A stretch of 43,810 bases of DNA from Azoarcus sp. Its GTDB lineage: Bacteria; Pseudomonadota; Gammaproteobacteria; Burkholderiales; Rhodocyclaceae. The notes under the pieces are model-generated. The model saw only the letters and a program-made list of their open reading frames with translations. It ran no database searches and was not told where the DNA came from. The position numbers and the translations under genes are program-made. The DNA lies in NCBI GenBank assembly GCA_031257305.1, contig JAIRPB010000057.1, positions 1 through 43,810 of the forward strand, read 5' to 3'. Shown in pieces: positions 18,833 through 27,552 of the stretch (positions within the stretch are counted from its first letter, which is position 1; each line of letters starts with the position of its first letter).

Positions 18833-20894
18833 AAAAACTGATAAACCGAGATGCCTTAGCCATTGCTTCGCGGGTATCGGGGCTGTCTTTGAGCGTTTGC
18901 AGGCACCTGAAAATTGCTTGCGCATCCTCCAAGCGCCCCGCTTTGCCAAACAGGGCAATCAAATTAACGGCTAACTTGGTACGCAGTGCCCGTACCGTTT
19001 CTGAATCACCGCAAAAATCCAAATGCGCGAACAATTCCCGCGCCTCGCCAAAATCCCCTTCTTTGGCGTAAATATTGATTAGCCCCGCCAGTGCGCGTGC
19101 CCTAGGCATCCAGTTTTCTTTAGGTTGCCATATCGATAACGCGCCTTCATACAACACCCTCGCCCGTACCAATTCCCCGGCTTTGCAAAAGGCTTCAATC
19201 AGCCGGGACGAAGCCACGGCGCGGCATGACTGGATTTCTTCAGAATCCCCCAGTACGCGCATCCCGAGCAACTCTAGGGATGCCTCATCCAGAATACCCG
19301 CTTCGCAAAGAATACTGATTAAATGCACGGTGCATTTTGCGCGCTCAAGGCAGAACATCCCCGACCGCGCAAGCCCGTTCAAATGTTTAACCATCAAGCG
19401 GGCCGTTTCAAGCTGTTCTTTGCCAAGGCGGGACAGGATGTTCACAGCCGTCTGCGCATAACGCTCGCCATCAATTTCGGCCAGCCGGGCGTTTAGGAAT
19501 ACTTTTTCAACCCAGCCTGATAAATCGTAAAAATCCTGCCCGCAACGGTTAAAAAAATCAGCCACTTCGGGGGAACAGGCTTCCCATGCGCTGGAAATGA
19601 GGGTACGCATCTCGTCGTCGCCAATCCTGACATCTTTGGGGACGATTTCCCGATAGACATCGCTCAGGATGGAATATTCACCTAGCAAATTAGGCTCAAT
19701 CGGCCAAGGACGGAATCGCCACGGCGGGTCGGACCGCCCTAAGCCGGAATTCCACAAAACATGGTTTTCACCAAGCTCGCAGACTCCCAGATGCCCTCCC
19801 GTCAGAGTTGAGATGGCGAGTGCCCTAATAACCGAAGGCGGACTTGTCATACTGGAGAATCGCCCTGCTGGCCCGAACTCTGACAGAAACGCACAGTTCA
19901 GCACAGCGCCTCGGTTCAAAGTCCCAATTTCGTGGCCATCCGCCACGGCTGTAGCCAGCAGCATGGCAAACAAGGGCGTGCAGTGGGGGTCGATGGACTT
20001 TAGCTTCTCCAAAAAGGCTTCTGAAGTCACGCAAGAAGCTGCGGCCTTCCCGGTTTTTTTCCAAATATCCTGTGCAATCCCAAACAGGTTTTTTGGCGGC
20101 ACTGCCGGCATTGGAGTGGGCAATTCTCTGAACCGTTGGGCGGCAAACGTGGGCAAATCCCCGTACCAGTCCTGCGCCTGCCCGCTTTCGTCTGGCCGCA
20201 TCGCTTCCCGCTCTAACAGCAGCACACGTACCCGGTACGTCCCGTATTGCCCCATCACCGCTTTTTGGGCAAGGAGTTTGAGAATCGCGCCAAGCTGAAA
20301 ACGTCTTGGCACGCCCCCGTCCTCCTCCAAAGGAGGCCCCGAAAAAATACCGCTGTTATAGTTTCTGGCTGTGCGGTCAAACACGAGCAGGGTATGTTCC
20401 CCCGGACGCCATGCTTCCCAAGTTGAAAACGGCGTCTTGGCAAGATTCACAAAACCTACTTTCCAGTACGAAAAATCTTCGCCCTCAACAGGCGCCACCC
20501 CAACCGGCTCTTTGCCGCCTGCCAAAAGAAAACCTGCGTAGCCCGTTTCCAGCGCCTGACAAAATTCAAGCGCCAGACGGCTTTTTCCCGACCCGGCCCT
20601 GCCCGTGATGAGCCACCAAGAGAACGGCTGCTTTGATTGGTAAAACGCCTCAAAATCCTGCCACAGCGACTCAGCCATCACATAGCGCGTCAGCCCTTCG
20701 GAAAAACGAAATTCCCGGAACAGCCTAGGCTTCGCCGAAACGTTACGGACCTCAAAAAAAACAGGCTGTGGCGACGGGGTTGGCAACAACTTCCGCATTC
20801 GGGCCAATACTTCTTTGCCCCAAGGCCGCCTAGCGGGCTTTTTGACCCGTTCAATACCGCTATCTTCAACTTCCATCTTCATTCCCCGACCCAT
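18789..20894 (-). CDS. Hypothetical P-loop NTPase (STAND-like) with C-terminal 40-aa helical repeats
   Basis: 701-aa ORF; Walker A ITGRAGSGKSRLALEF, Walker-B-like LLVFD, RVRVLLLER; four exact 40-aa repeats plus one 39-aa repeat. Confidence 0.75.
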   Translation of the reverse strand: MGRGMKMEVEDSGIERVKKPARRPWGKEVLARMRKLLPTPSPQPVFFEVRNVSAKPRLFREFRFSEGLTRYVMAESLWQDFEAFYQSKQPFSWWLITGRAGSGKSRLALEFCQALETGYAGFLLAGGKEPVGVAPVEGEDFSYWKVGFVNLAKTPFSTWEAWRPGEHTLLVFDRTARNYNSGIFSGPPLEEDGGVPRRFQLGAILKLLAQKAVMGQYGTYRVRVLLLEREAMRPDESGQAQDWYGDLPTFAAQRFRELPTPMPAVPPKNLFGIAQDIWKKTGKAAASCVTSEAFLEKLKSIDPHCTPLFAMLLATAVADGHEIGTLNRGAVLNCAFLSEFGPAGRFSSMTSPPSVIRALAISTLTGGHLGVCELGENHVLWNSGLGRSDPPWRFRPWPIEPNLLGEYSILSDVYREIVPKDVRIGDDEMRTLISSAWEACSPEVADFFNRCGQDFYDLSGWVEKVFLNARLAEIDGERYAQTAVNILSRLGKEQLETARLMVKHLNGLARSGMFCLERAKCTVHLISILCEAGILDEASLELLGMRVLGDSEEIQSCRAVASSRLIEAFCKAGELVRARVLYEGALSIWQPKENWMPRARALAGLINIYAKEGDFGEARELFAHLDFCGDSETVRALRTKLAVNLIALFGKAGRLEDAQAIFRCLQTLKDSPDTREAMAKASRFISFFSAAQQGGENRKAG

Positions 20895-21029
20895 GCTTCA
20901 TGTATGAACTCAAGCCCCCTGCCCGGGGCCGGGACAATCTACAAACAATAAATCTGCCTAAAACAGCCGCTCCGGTTTGTTCCTATCGCGTATGTCTGCG
21001 ACAATTGTAGTTTTACGCAAACAAACACC

Positions 21030-22532
21030 ATGACCGAACACAACGACGCCAACCCGCCACGCGACGAAAACCACATCATCGCCGAGCGCCGCGAAAAACT
21101 GGCTCAATGGCGCACCACCGGGCGGGCGTACCCCAACGGCTTTTCACGCGAGAACACTGCCGGAAAACTCGACGAGCTATACAGCAACAAAAATACCGAA
21201 GCCCTTGAAACAACGCCTATCGAAGTCAAAGTAGCCGGACGCATTATGCTTAAGCGCGTCATGGGCAAAGCAAGTTTCGTTACCATCCAAGATTTATCAG
21301 GCCGGCTTCAGCTTTACGTCACGCGAGACACCGTTGGAGAAGCAGTCTACACCGACTTCAAACGCTGGGACATTGGGGACATCATCGGGTGCGTCGGCAC
21401 ACTCTTCAAAACCAAAACCGGCGAACTCACCGTCAAAGCCGAAACGCTACAGCTACTCACCAAGAGCCTGCGCCCTTTACCGGACAAATTTCACGGTCTG
21501 GCAGATATTGAATCTAAATATCGGCAGCGTTACGTTGACCTCATTGTCAACGAAGAATCACGCTTTACTTTTGTTGCGCGAAGCCGACTCATCCTGTCCA
21601 TCCGCAACTACATGTGCGGCCACGGCTTTCTGGAAGTCGAAACGCCGATGATGCACCCCATCCCCGGCGGGGCCGCCGCAAAACCGTTCGTCACCCATCA
21701 CAACGCGCTGGACATGCCCCTGTACCTACGCATCGCGCCAGAGCTTTACCTCAAACGGCTTGTAGTAGGCGGCTTTGAGAAAGTATTTGAAGTCAACCGC
21801 AATTTCAGGAACGAAGGCTTGTCGCCCCGGCACAACCCCGAGTTCACCATGATGGAATTCTACGAAGCCTACTCAAACTACCGCGCCCTCATGGATTTCA
21901 CCGAAGGTCTCATCCGCCATGCCGCCCGCGAGGCGCTGGGCACGGAAACTTTCAACTATCAAGGGCGCACGCTCGATTTCTCCGCCCCTTTTGCCCGGCT
22001 CACCATCACCGGCGCCATCCGCAAATACCATCCCGGTTTCACCGAAGCGCAACTCAACGATGCGGCATGGCTTGCGCAGAAAATCCGGGACTTTGGCGAA
22101 CCAATCAAACCCGGCGGCTTAGGCAGCCTACAACTCCAGCTATTTGAAGCCTCAACCGAAGCCGAACTGTGGGAACCCACCTACATTATCGACTACCCGG
22201 TCGAAGTCTCGCCGCTGGCACGCGCCTCCGACCACAATCCCGAAATCACCGAACGCTTTGAACTTTTCATCGCGGGACGCGAAATTGCCAACGGTTTTTC
22301 CGAATTGAATGACCCCGAAGACCAAGCCAACCGCTTCCGCGCCCAAGCGGCGGCCAAAGAAGCCGGCGACGAAGAAGCCATGTACTATGACGCAGACTAT
22401 ATCCGCGCCCTCGAATTCGGCCTCCCCCCCACCGGCGGCTGCGGCATTGGCATCGACCGTCTAGCGATGCTCCTCACTAACAGTCCTGCTATCCGGGACG
22501 TAATCCTTTTCCCGCAGATGCGCGGCGAATAA
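21030..22532 (+). CDS. lysS: Lysyl-tRNA synthetase, class II
   Basis: [50 protein letters not shown]. Confidence 0.98.
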   Translation: MTEHNDANPPRDENHIIAERREKLAQWRTTGRAYPNGFSRENTAGKLDELYSNKNTEALETTPIEVKVAGRIMLKRVMGKASFVTIQDLSGRLQLYVTRDTVGEAVYTDFKRWDIGDIIGCVGTLFKTKTGELTVKAETLQLLTKSLRPLPDKFHGLADIESKYRQRYVDLIVNEESRFTFVARSRLILSIRNYMCGHGFLEVETPMMHPIPGGAAAKPFVTHHNALDMPLYLRIAPELYLKRLVVGGFEKVFEVNRNFRNEGLSPRHNPEFTMMEFYEAYSNYRALMDFTEGLIRHAAREALGTETFNYQGRTLDFSAPFARLTITGAIRKYHPGFTEAQLNDAAWLAQKIRDFGEPIKPGGLGSLQLQLFEASTEAELWEPTYIIDYPVEVSPLARASDHNPEITERFELFIAGREIANGFSELNDPEDQANRFRAQAAAKEAGDEEAMYYDADYIRALEFGLPPTGGCGIGIDRLAMLLTNSPAIRDVILFPQMRGE

Positions 22533-22551
22533 ACCCGAGAGAAATAAAACA

Positions 22552-22899
22552 ATGGAAATCATCACCACCCCCGACGTACCAGAATTAAGCCCTAAAGAAA
22601 TTCTGGCGCTCGAACGGCTGCTAGATATTGCAGTCCAAAACAACCCCGAAGGCAGCATGAGCCAAGGCAGCACCCACCAAAGCATGATTGTCGCGGACTT
22701 TCTGCTGGCTTGGTGGGACTCTGTGAACTGCGGCCATTTTGACATCACCAGCCTCTGGGCCGTTGACGCCACCGTTGTCGCAGACATGCAAATCGTTTTC
22801 GGCATGATTGCCCGCGTCCGCGTTTATCCTGACGTGCTTGGCTACACAAGCCGATTTGAAGCGGTATTAGAGAACTGGCGGCAGAGAAGCGAATCATAA
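22552..22899 (+). CDS. Small hypothetical protein of a family recalled from plasmids/ICEs
   Basis: ALERLLDIA...QSMIVADFLLAWW...GHFDITSLWAVD...YPDVLGY pattern; GAGA RBS; family assignment from memory only. Confidence 0.7.
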   Translation: MEIITTPDVPELSPKEILALERLLDIAVQNNPEGSMSQGSTHQSMIVADFLLAWWDSVNCGHFDITSLWAVDATVVADMQIVFGMIARVRVYPDVLGYTSRFEAVLENWRQRSES

Positions 22900-22906
22900 G
22901 TCCATA

Positions 22907-23782
22907 ATGAGCAGTCATTCCTCCATATGCCTGTTAATCCCCTACTTCGGACGGTGGCCGTTCTGGATGCCTTTTTTCCTAGAAAGCTGTCGAAAAAACC
23001 CAGACATTCACTGGCATTTTTTCAGCGATTGCGAACCATTGGATAATCTGCCAAACAATATACGCATACAGCCTATCCGTTACGAAGATTATCTATCCCA
23101 AGTGTCAAACAAACTTGGGATAGATTTTCGCCCCCCCAACCCCTATAAACTTTGTGACATCAAACCCGCTTACGGATTTATCCATGAAGATGTAATAGAA
23201 AAATACAATTTCTGGGGATTTGGTGATATTGACCTCGTTTATGGAAAATTACGTGAATATTTCACTGAAGAACGGCTACAACGGTACGATTTAATTTCAA
23301 ATCACGCTCGCCGAGTTTCTGGGCATCTCTGTTTAATTCGCAATAGCCCACATATGAACAACCTTTTCAAAAAAATACCAAATTGGCAAAACTTATTTTG
23401 CCACCCACAACACCAAGCCATTGATGAAGGCGCATTTTCACGTCTCTTTCTCTGGAGAAAGAACTTTCCAAAACCTCTTTTCAATTTTGTAGGGCTATTC
23501 AACCCACTACGGCGTAAAAGTTTTTTTCAAGAAGCGTTTAGCACTCCCAACGCAAAAATTAACTGGATAGATGGCAGCAAAAATTTCCCATCGCACTGGT
23601 TCTGGAAAGAAGGACGGTTAACAAACAATATAGACGGCCAAAGGGAATTTCCTTATCTACACTTCTTTGTTTGGAAACGTAACTGGGCGAATCAACCCGC
23701 CCCTTCTGCGGAAACCATTCAAACGTTAGCGCAAAAAGCGAATTGGCAAATCAGCGTACAAGGATTTAGGGAAATAACATGA
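22907..23782 (+). CDS. DUF6625-like putative glycosyltransferase-associated protein
   Basis: IPYFGRWPFW, PYKLCDIKPAYG, FWGFGDIDLVYG (DxD motif), YLHF. Confidence 0.8.
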   Translation: MSSHSSICLLIPYFGRWPFWMPFFLESCRKNPDIHWHFFSDCEPLDNLPNNIRIQPIRYEDYLSQVSNKLGIDFRPPNPYKLCDIKPAYGFIHEDVIEKYNFWGFGDIDLVYGKLREYFTEERLQRYDLISNHARRVSGHLCLIRNSPHMNNLFKKIPNWQNLFCHPQHQAIDEGAFSRLFLWRKNFPKPLFNFVGLFNPLRRKSFFQEAFSTPNAKINWIDGSKNFPSHWFWKEGRLTNNIDGQREFPYLHFFVWKRNWANQPAPSAETIQTLAQKANWQISVQGFREIT

Positions 23783-24672
23783 CTGCTAGCCAGCCCCTCG
23801 TCACGGTCATCATCAGTTGCTATAACCACGCTCCTTACGTGGAAGAAGCTATCAAAAGTGTATTGGCACAGGACTACCCCCAACTCGAATTGCTTGTTAT
23901 CGATGATGGCTCCAGCGACGACAGCGTGGCGCGTATCCGTCCTTTAGCTGATGCACATGGTTTTGACTTCCGCACACAGCCTAACCAAGGGCTTACCAAA
24001 ACCTATAATGAAGCCCTTGCCCGCGCACGGGGTGACTTCATTGTTTTTTTAGGTTCAGACGATGTGATGTTGCCGAAGCGTATAACAGCGCAAGTGGCCT
24101 ATCTCGCAAAACATCCGCAGACAGGTATTGTAGGTGGAGACGCTGAATACATTGACAACGCCAGCAATCCATTACCCAAGCAGCCAGAAATTATCGCCAG
24201 CACATATCAACTTTGTTTTGATGATGTGTTTATACAACATCTTCCAAACACAAAACGTATTCCTCCAATTGCAACCCAAATGTATCGAAAGACTGCCATT
24301 CAAGAAGCAGGTGGTTTCCATCCTAATATTCGGTTAGAAGATTTATATATTTGGCTCAAAATTACACATCTTGGTTATTCGCTTGATAGATTACCCCTAT
24401 TGTTTTCACGCTACCGAATACACAACACAAACACAATTCATAATCATCCTTTTATGGTTGAATCAATACTGTCAATATACCGTGAATATAATAATCACCC
24501 TGCCTATGAACGTGTTTGTGCACAAGTTATCAAACTTTATTTCTCAAAAAACTTTAAAGAAAATCCTAAATTTGCACGACAATTAACTGCTCAATTACCG
24601 CTCCGTTATTGGAATTTTAAGATTTTACGGCGATTCATTCGGTGCATTGGTGGAACTTTCTTTCATGATTAA
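23779..24672 (+). CDS. GT2 glycosyltransferase, WapR-like (LPS core rhamnosyltransferase family)
   Basis: PLVTVIISCYNH, IDDGSSD, HGFDFRTQPNQGL, GSDD, RLEDL; ATGA overlap with the upstream gene. Confidence 0.85.
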   Translation: MTASQPLVTVIISCYNHAPYVEEAIKSVLAQDYPQLELLVIDDGSSDDSVARIRPLADAHGFDFRTQPNQGLTKTYNEALARARGDFIVFLGSDDVMLPKRITAQVAYLAKHPQTGIVGGDAEYIDNASNPLPKQPEIIASTYQLCFDDVFIQHLPNTKRIPPIATQMYRKTAIQEAGGFHPNIRLEDLYIWLKITHLGYSLDRLPLLFSRYRIHNTNTIHNHPFMVESILSIYREYNNHPAYERVCAQVIKLYFSKNFKENPKFARQLTAQLPLRYWNFKILRRFIRCIGGTFFHD

Positions 24673-25876
24673 ACGCAATTATTTTTTCCTCTCTGAATAT
24701 ATATTATCTTTAGGTTTGTTTTTATTACTCAGTGGAATATTCTGGCTATGGGATTATGACTTATATTATTCTATTTTTTCCTTTGTATTTGTCTTAGCAT
24801 CTTTTATTACAATAATAATTCACCGACATCAACTAACCTCGCTTGTAAAATCCCCTATTTTCATTTTTTTCATTTTGTTCATCGTATATATGTTATTTTC
24901 TATTTTATGGTCCAAAACAGACCATAGTCGTTTCCATATTAGAAGCATCAGAGTTTCTTTCTTTCTTATTTTCACTATGTTGGGAACATCTCTGCTTACG
25001 TTACATAATGAACGTAAATTTGAGATAGCAATTTATAGTGCGGGCATAGTAGCCGTGATAACTGCGGTTTTTTCTCTGCTTTACTCCTTTTATAACAACA
25101 TTACTGATAATACTGAATTACGTTTTAAGGGCTATGGTATCTTATATAATCCACTGTTAACTGCTCATGTTTACGGTGCTTTTACAACATATTGGTTAAC
25201 GCAATTTTTTTTATCAAACCGAAAGACATCTATTATATATTTTGTAAATACTTCCAGTCTTACCATCTTGTTATTAGCAACGGGATCTCGAACTCCCTTC
25301 CTCGCTTTAGGCTTAGTTTCTATTTGGTTACTGTTAACGATGAATAAATATTGGCATGGATTTTTATGTCTCGGACTAGTGTTAATATTTATATTTTTGC
25401 AATACATCATATTCAGTCACTTTAATATTTGGGCAGGATTTTCATATCGACCTGAAATATGGGAATATGCCGTCAAACAAATACTGGAAGCGCCGTGGTT
25501 TGGGCATGGGGCTAAAACACCATTTATTATGAAATACCAAGAATTCATTTGGTATGATCCGCATAATGTAGAACTAATGGTACTCTACTTAGGCGGGTTC
25601 GTCGGACTTTTTCTCTGGCTTGCAATCTATGGATTTTCTTTGCACTTTGCTTGGAAATACCGATCTAACAAAAATGTGCTCATCACATCCACATGGCTAG
25701 TTTTCGGCATTGGTAGTGGTCTAACAGAAAGTAGCTATATACTCACACGTCCTGATGAACGTTGGTTCATCACTTGGATTCCAATAATCTTGCTTTTTGC
25801 CTCACTTTCGGCAGCGCAACAACAAGAAAGCAAAAATCTTTTGGTTTCTTCCGGTGTTGGGCAAGGCAAGACGTAA
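24665..25876 (+). CDS. O-antigen ligase (WaaL/Wzy_C) family membrane protein
   Basis: Many hydrophobic segments; ATGSRTP, SYRPEIW, PWFGHG, DPHNVEL motifs. Confidence 0.85.
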   Translation: MIKRNYFFLSEYILSLGLFLLLSGIFWLWDYDLYYSIFSFVFVLASFITIIIHRHQLTSLVKSPIFIFFILFIVYMLFSILWSKTDHSRFHIRSIRVSFFLIFTMLGTSLLTLHNERKFEIAIYSAGIVAVITAVFSLLYSFYNNITDNTELRFKGYGILYNPLLTAHVYGAFTTYWLTQFFLSNRKTSIIYFVNTSSLTILLLATGSRTPFLALGLVSIWLLLTMNKYWHGFLCLGLVLIFIFLQYIIFSHFNIWAGFSYRPEIWEYAVKQILEAPWFGHGAKTPFIMKYQEFIWYDPHNVELMVLYLGGFVGLFLWLAIYGFSLHFAWKYRSNKNVLITSTWLVFGIGSGLTESSYILTRPDERWFITWIPIILLFASLSAAQQQESKNLLVSSGVGQGKT

Positions 25877-26376
25877 TTTTTCAAACACCCCCGGCACGGG
25901 GTTTGCTTTAAGCGGTGGGCGTAATGCTTCGGCAATTCGAGCACACACAAGTAATCAAAACAATATTTGCATTCAACTAACGATTATCCAGCAATGGCAA
26001 TATCATCCCGCAATTTTTCAGTAATTTGAAAACCCGATGAAACTACACGGACAGCTGGGAGCCGACGGTAATACGCGCTGTATTTTCCTTGATATTTGGA
26101 TGGGTAATAATTCATCCAAGCATCGTGTTCAAGCAGAACAAGATTAGGAATGCTTCGGATAAACAAAGTCTGCCGAAACATTTTTTTGCTACGTAAAAAC
26201 AACACAATACGTTCATACAATTCAGGTTTTACTTTCTCGTGAAAATAACGCCTCAAATTGGCCTGTTCTTTGCTTGAAAGCCAACGCAAATCGCAATCGG
26301 TAGCGCAAGCAATACCGTCATAAAGACGGTCTAATATAACCCGTTGCTCATTCTGCACAAGAAAAAGAATTTTCAT
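25860..26376 (-). pseudogene. Ssg (PA5001)-like glycosyltransferase pseudogene with an internal deletion, a stop and a frameshift
   Basis: The N-terminus MKILFLVQNEQRVILDRLYDGI...LEHDAW runs about 125 aa. It then jumps to C-terminal-like sequence IAIAG*SLVECKYCFDYL and, after a shift in a TG run, CARIAEALRPPLK. Confidence 0.75.
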
Positions 26377-26486
26377 CACGCCATAATCTCACACCGTATC
26401 GGCGAGCACATTTATAATCCCTAGCTTATTGGATGCCATCGGCTAAAACGCTTTAGAAAGGGGCAAGCAAAACTCCGCAACTACAC

Positions 26487-26516
26487 AAAACCGCGCCCCT
26501 GAAGACAGGGGCGCGG
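26487..26516 (-). terminator. Rho-independent terminator after rpn
   Basis: 11-bp stem CCGCGCCCCTG-aaga-CAGGGGCGCGG followed by TTTT on the minus strand. Confidence 0.78.
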
Positions 26517-26538
26517 GAAGGCACAGAGCAAACATTAG

Positions 26539-26742
26539 TCAGTGCATTAAAGACTGAATCGTTTTAAGCGGTAGCCCCGTGGCTTGGGCAATGTCCGCGC
26601 ACGGCTTTCCGGCATGCAGCATGTTACGGGCAACAGAAAGCAGAGCCTCTTCCCTGCCCTTTTCCATGCCCTTTTCCATACCTTGCATGAAGCTCTTCTC
26701 AATATCCTTGGCGAACCAAGTTTCACGGTTTCCTGTCAGCAT
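26539..26742 (-). CDS. Putative intragenic small protein (RpnS-type antitoxin, 67 aa), in frame with rpn
   Basis: GAGGA-AATCGAC-ATG: an SD-like sequence 7 nt before an internal in-frame Met that opens the variable C-terminal tail. Confidence 0.6.
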   Translation of the reverse strand: MLTGNRETWFAKDIEKSFMQGMEKGMEKGREEALLSVARNMLHAGKPCADIAQATGLPLKTIQSLMH

Positions 26743-27477
26743 GTCGATTTCCTCGAAAATGTCTTTGATGGCGGCAATCTCTTCTATCATAGAATCTGTG
26801 GCGCGGCGCATCAAGAGTGCTTTAATCCATTGTGAGAACACCTCCCGGAGAGGGTGTGTCTCCGGGGCGAGTAGCGTTTTATGAAGGGCGTGCACAACTG
26901 AAACAACGCCGTCGGGGTCGCTGGCTTCCATTGCGAAAGCGGCTCCGGCAAGGTTGATGGCTTCCCCAAAAGCGGGCTGCTTTAGGCGCAGTTCGTCAAT
27001 CAGGATGTAACGTAGCGTAGGCTGATAGGCTTTCATTTCGCCGGGTAGTGCGTGGAAGCAGTCGGCCACGTCAACAGGCGCATTCCAAGCTGTCTGGCCG
27101 TTATATAGCACAATAGGTAGCACCGGCGGCAGACGGCCTGACGGCAGTTTATCTTCTTTGATAATCTGCTCCGCTAGCAAGCTGACATACTGCATCATAC
27201 GCACGGCCATCCAAGGATACGGCTCGCTCTGGAACTCAAGGAGGATATACACCCACAGGCTTTGTCCGCCAACGTCAAGACGCCATACCATGTCGTCATG
27301 GCGCTGTTTGTTACTGCGGGTGACGTAACTGGCATTGATACGGGTCAGCGTATTGAAGTCGGCATGAGCCAGCCATTCTCCCGGAACGTACCCTATCAGC
27401 ATGTCTCGCACCAGTTCTGGGCAGGAAAAAAGCAACTTGTAGCTGGTGTCGTAAGTAGGAGTCTTGGGTTTGGCCAT
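26539..27477 (-). CDS. Rpn/YhgA-like (transposase_31) PD-(D/E)XK nuclease family protein
   Basis: YDTSYKLLFS, RHDDMVWRL, YILLEFQS, LPIVLYNG..W, and a GMEKGMEKGREE..VARNML..IAQATGL tail. Confidence 0.9.
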   Translation of the reverse strand: MAKPKTPTYDTSYKLLFSCPELVRDMLIGYVPGEWLAHADFNTLTRINASYVTRSNKQRHDDMVWRLDVGGQSLWVYILLEFQSEPYPWMAVRMMQYVSLLAEQIIKEDKLPSGRLPPVLPIVLYNGQTAWNAPVDVADCFHALPGEMKAYQPTLRYILIDELRLKQPAFGEAINLAGAAFAMEASDPDGVVSVVHALHKTLLAPETHPLREVFSQWIKALLMRRATDSMIEEIAAIKDIFEEIDMLTGNRETWFAKDIEKSFMQGMEKGMEKGREEALLSVARNMLHAGKPCADIAQATGLPLKTIQSLMH

Positions 27478-27552
27478 ATGGCAGAATGAATGGAAATTGG
27501 GCGGATAGTATAACAGAATAAATCTTATAGCATATGCAGATGAATTTGAAAA

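Noticed and set aside
26539-27477. Calling rpn an IS transposase or mobile element
   Set aside because: No terminal inverted repeats or target duplication; despite the transposase_31 name, the family is a PD-(D/E)XK nuclease.
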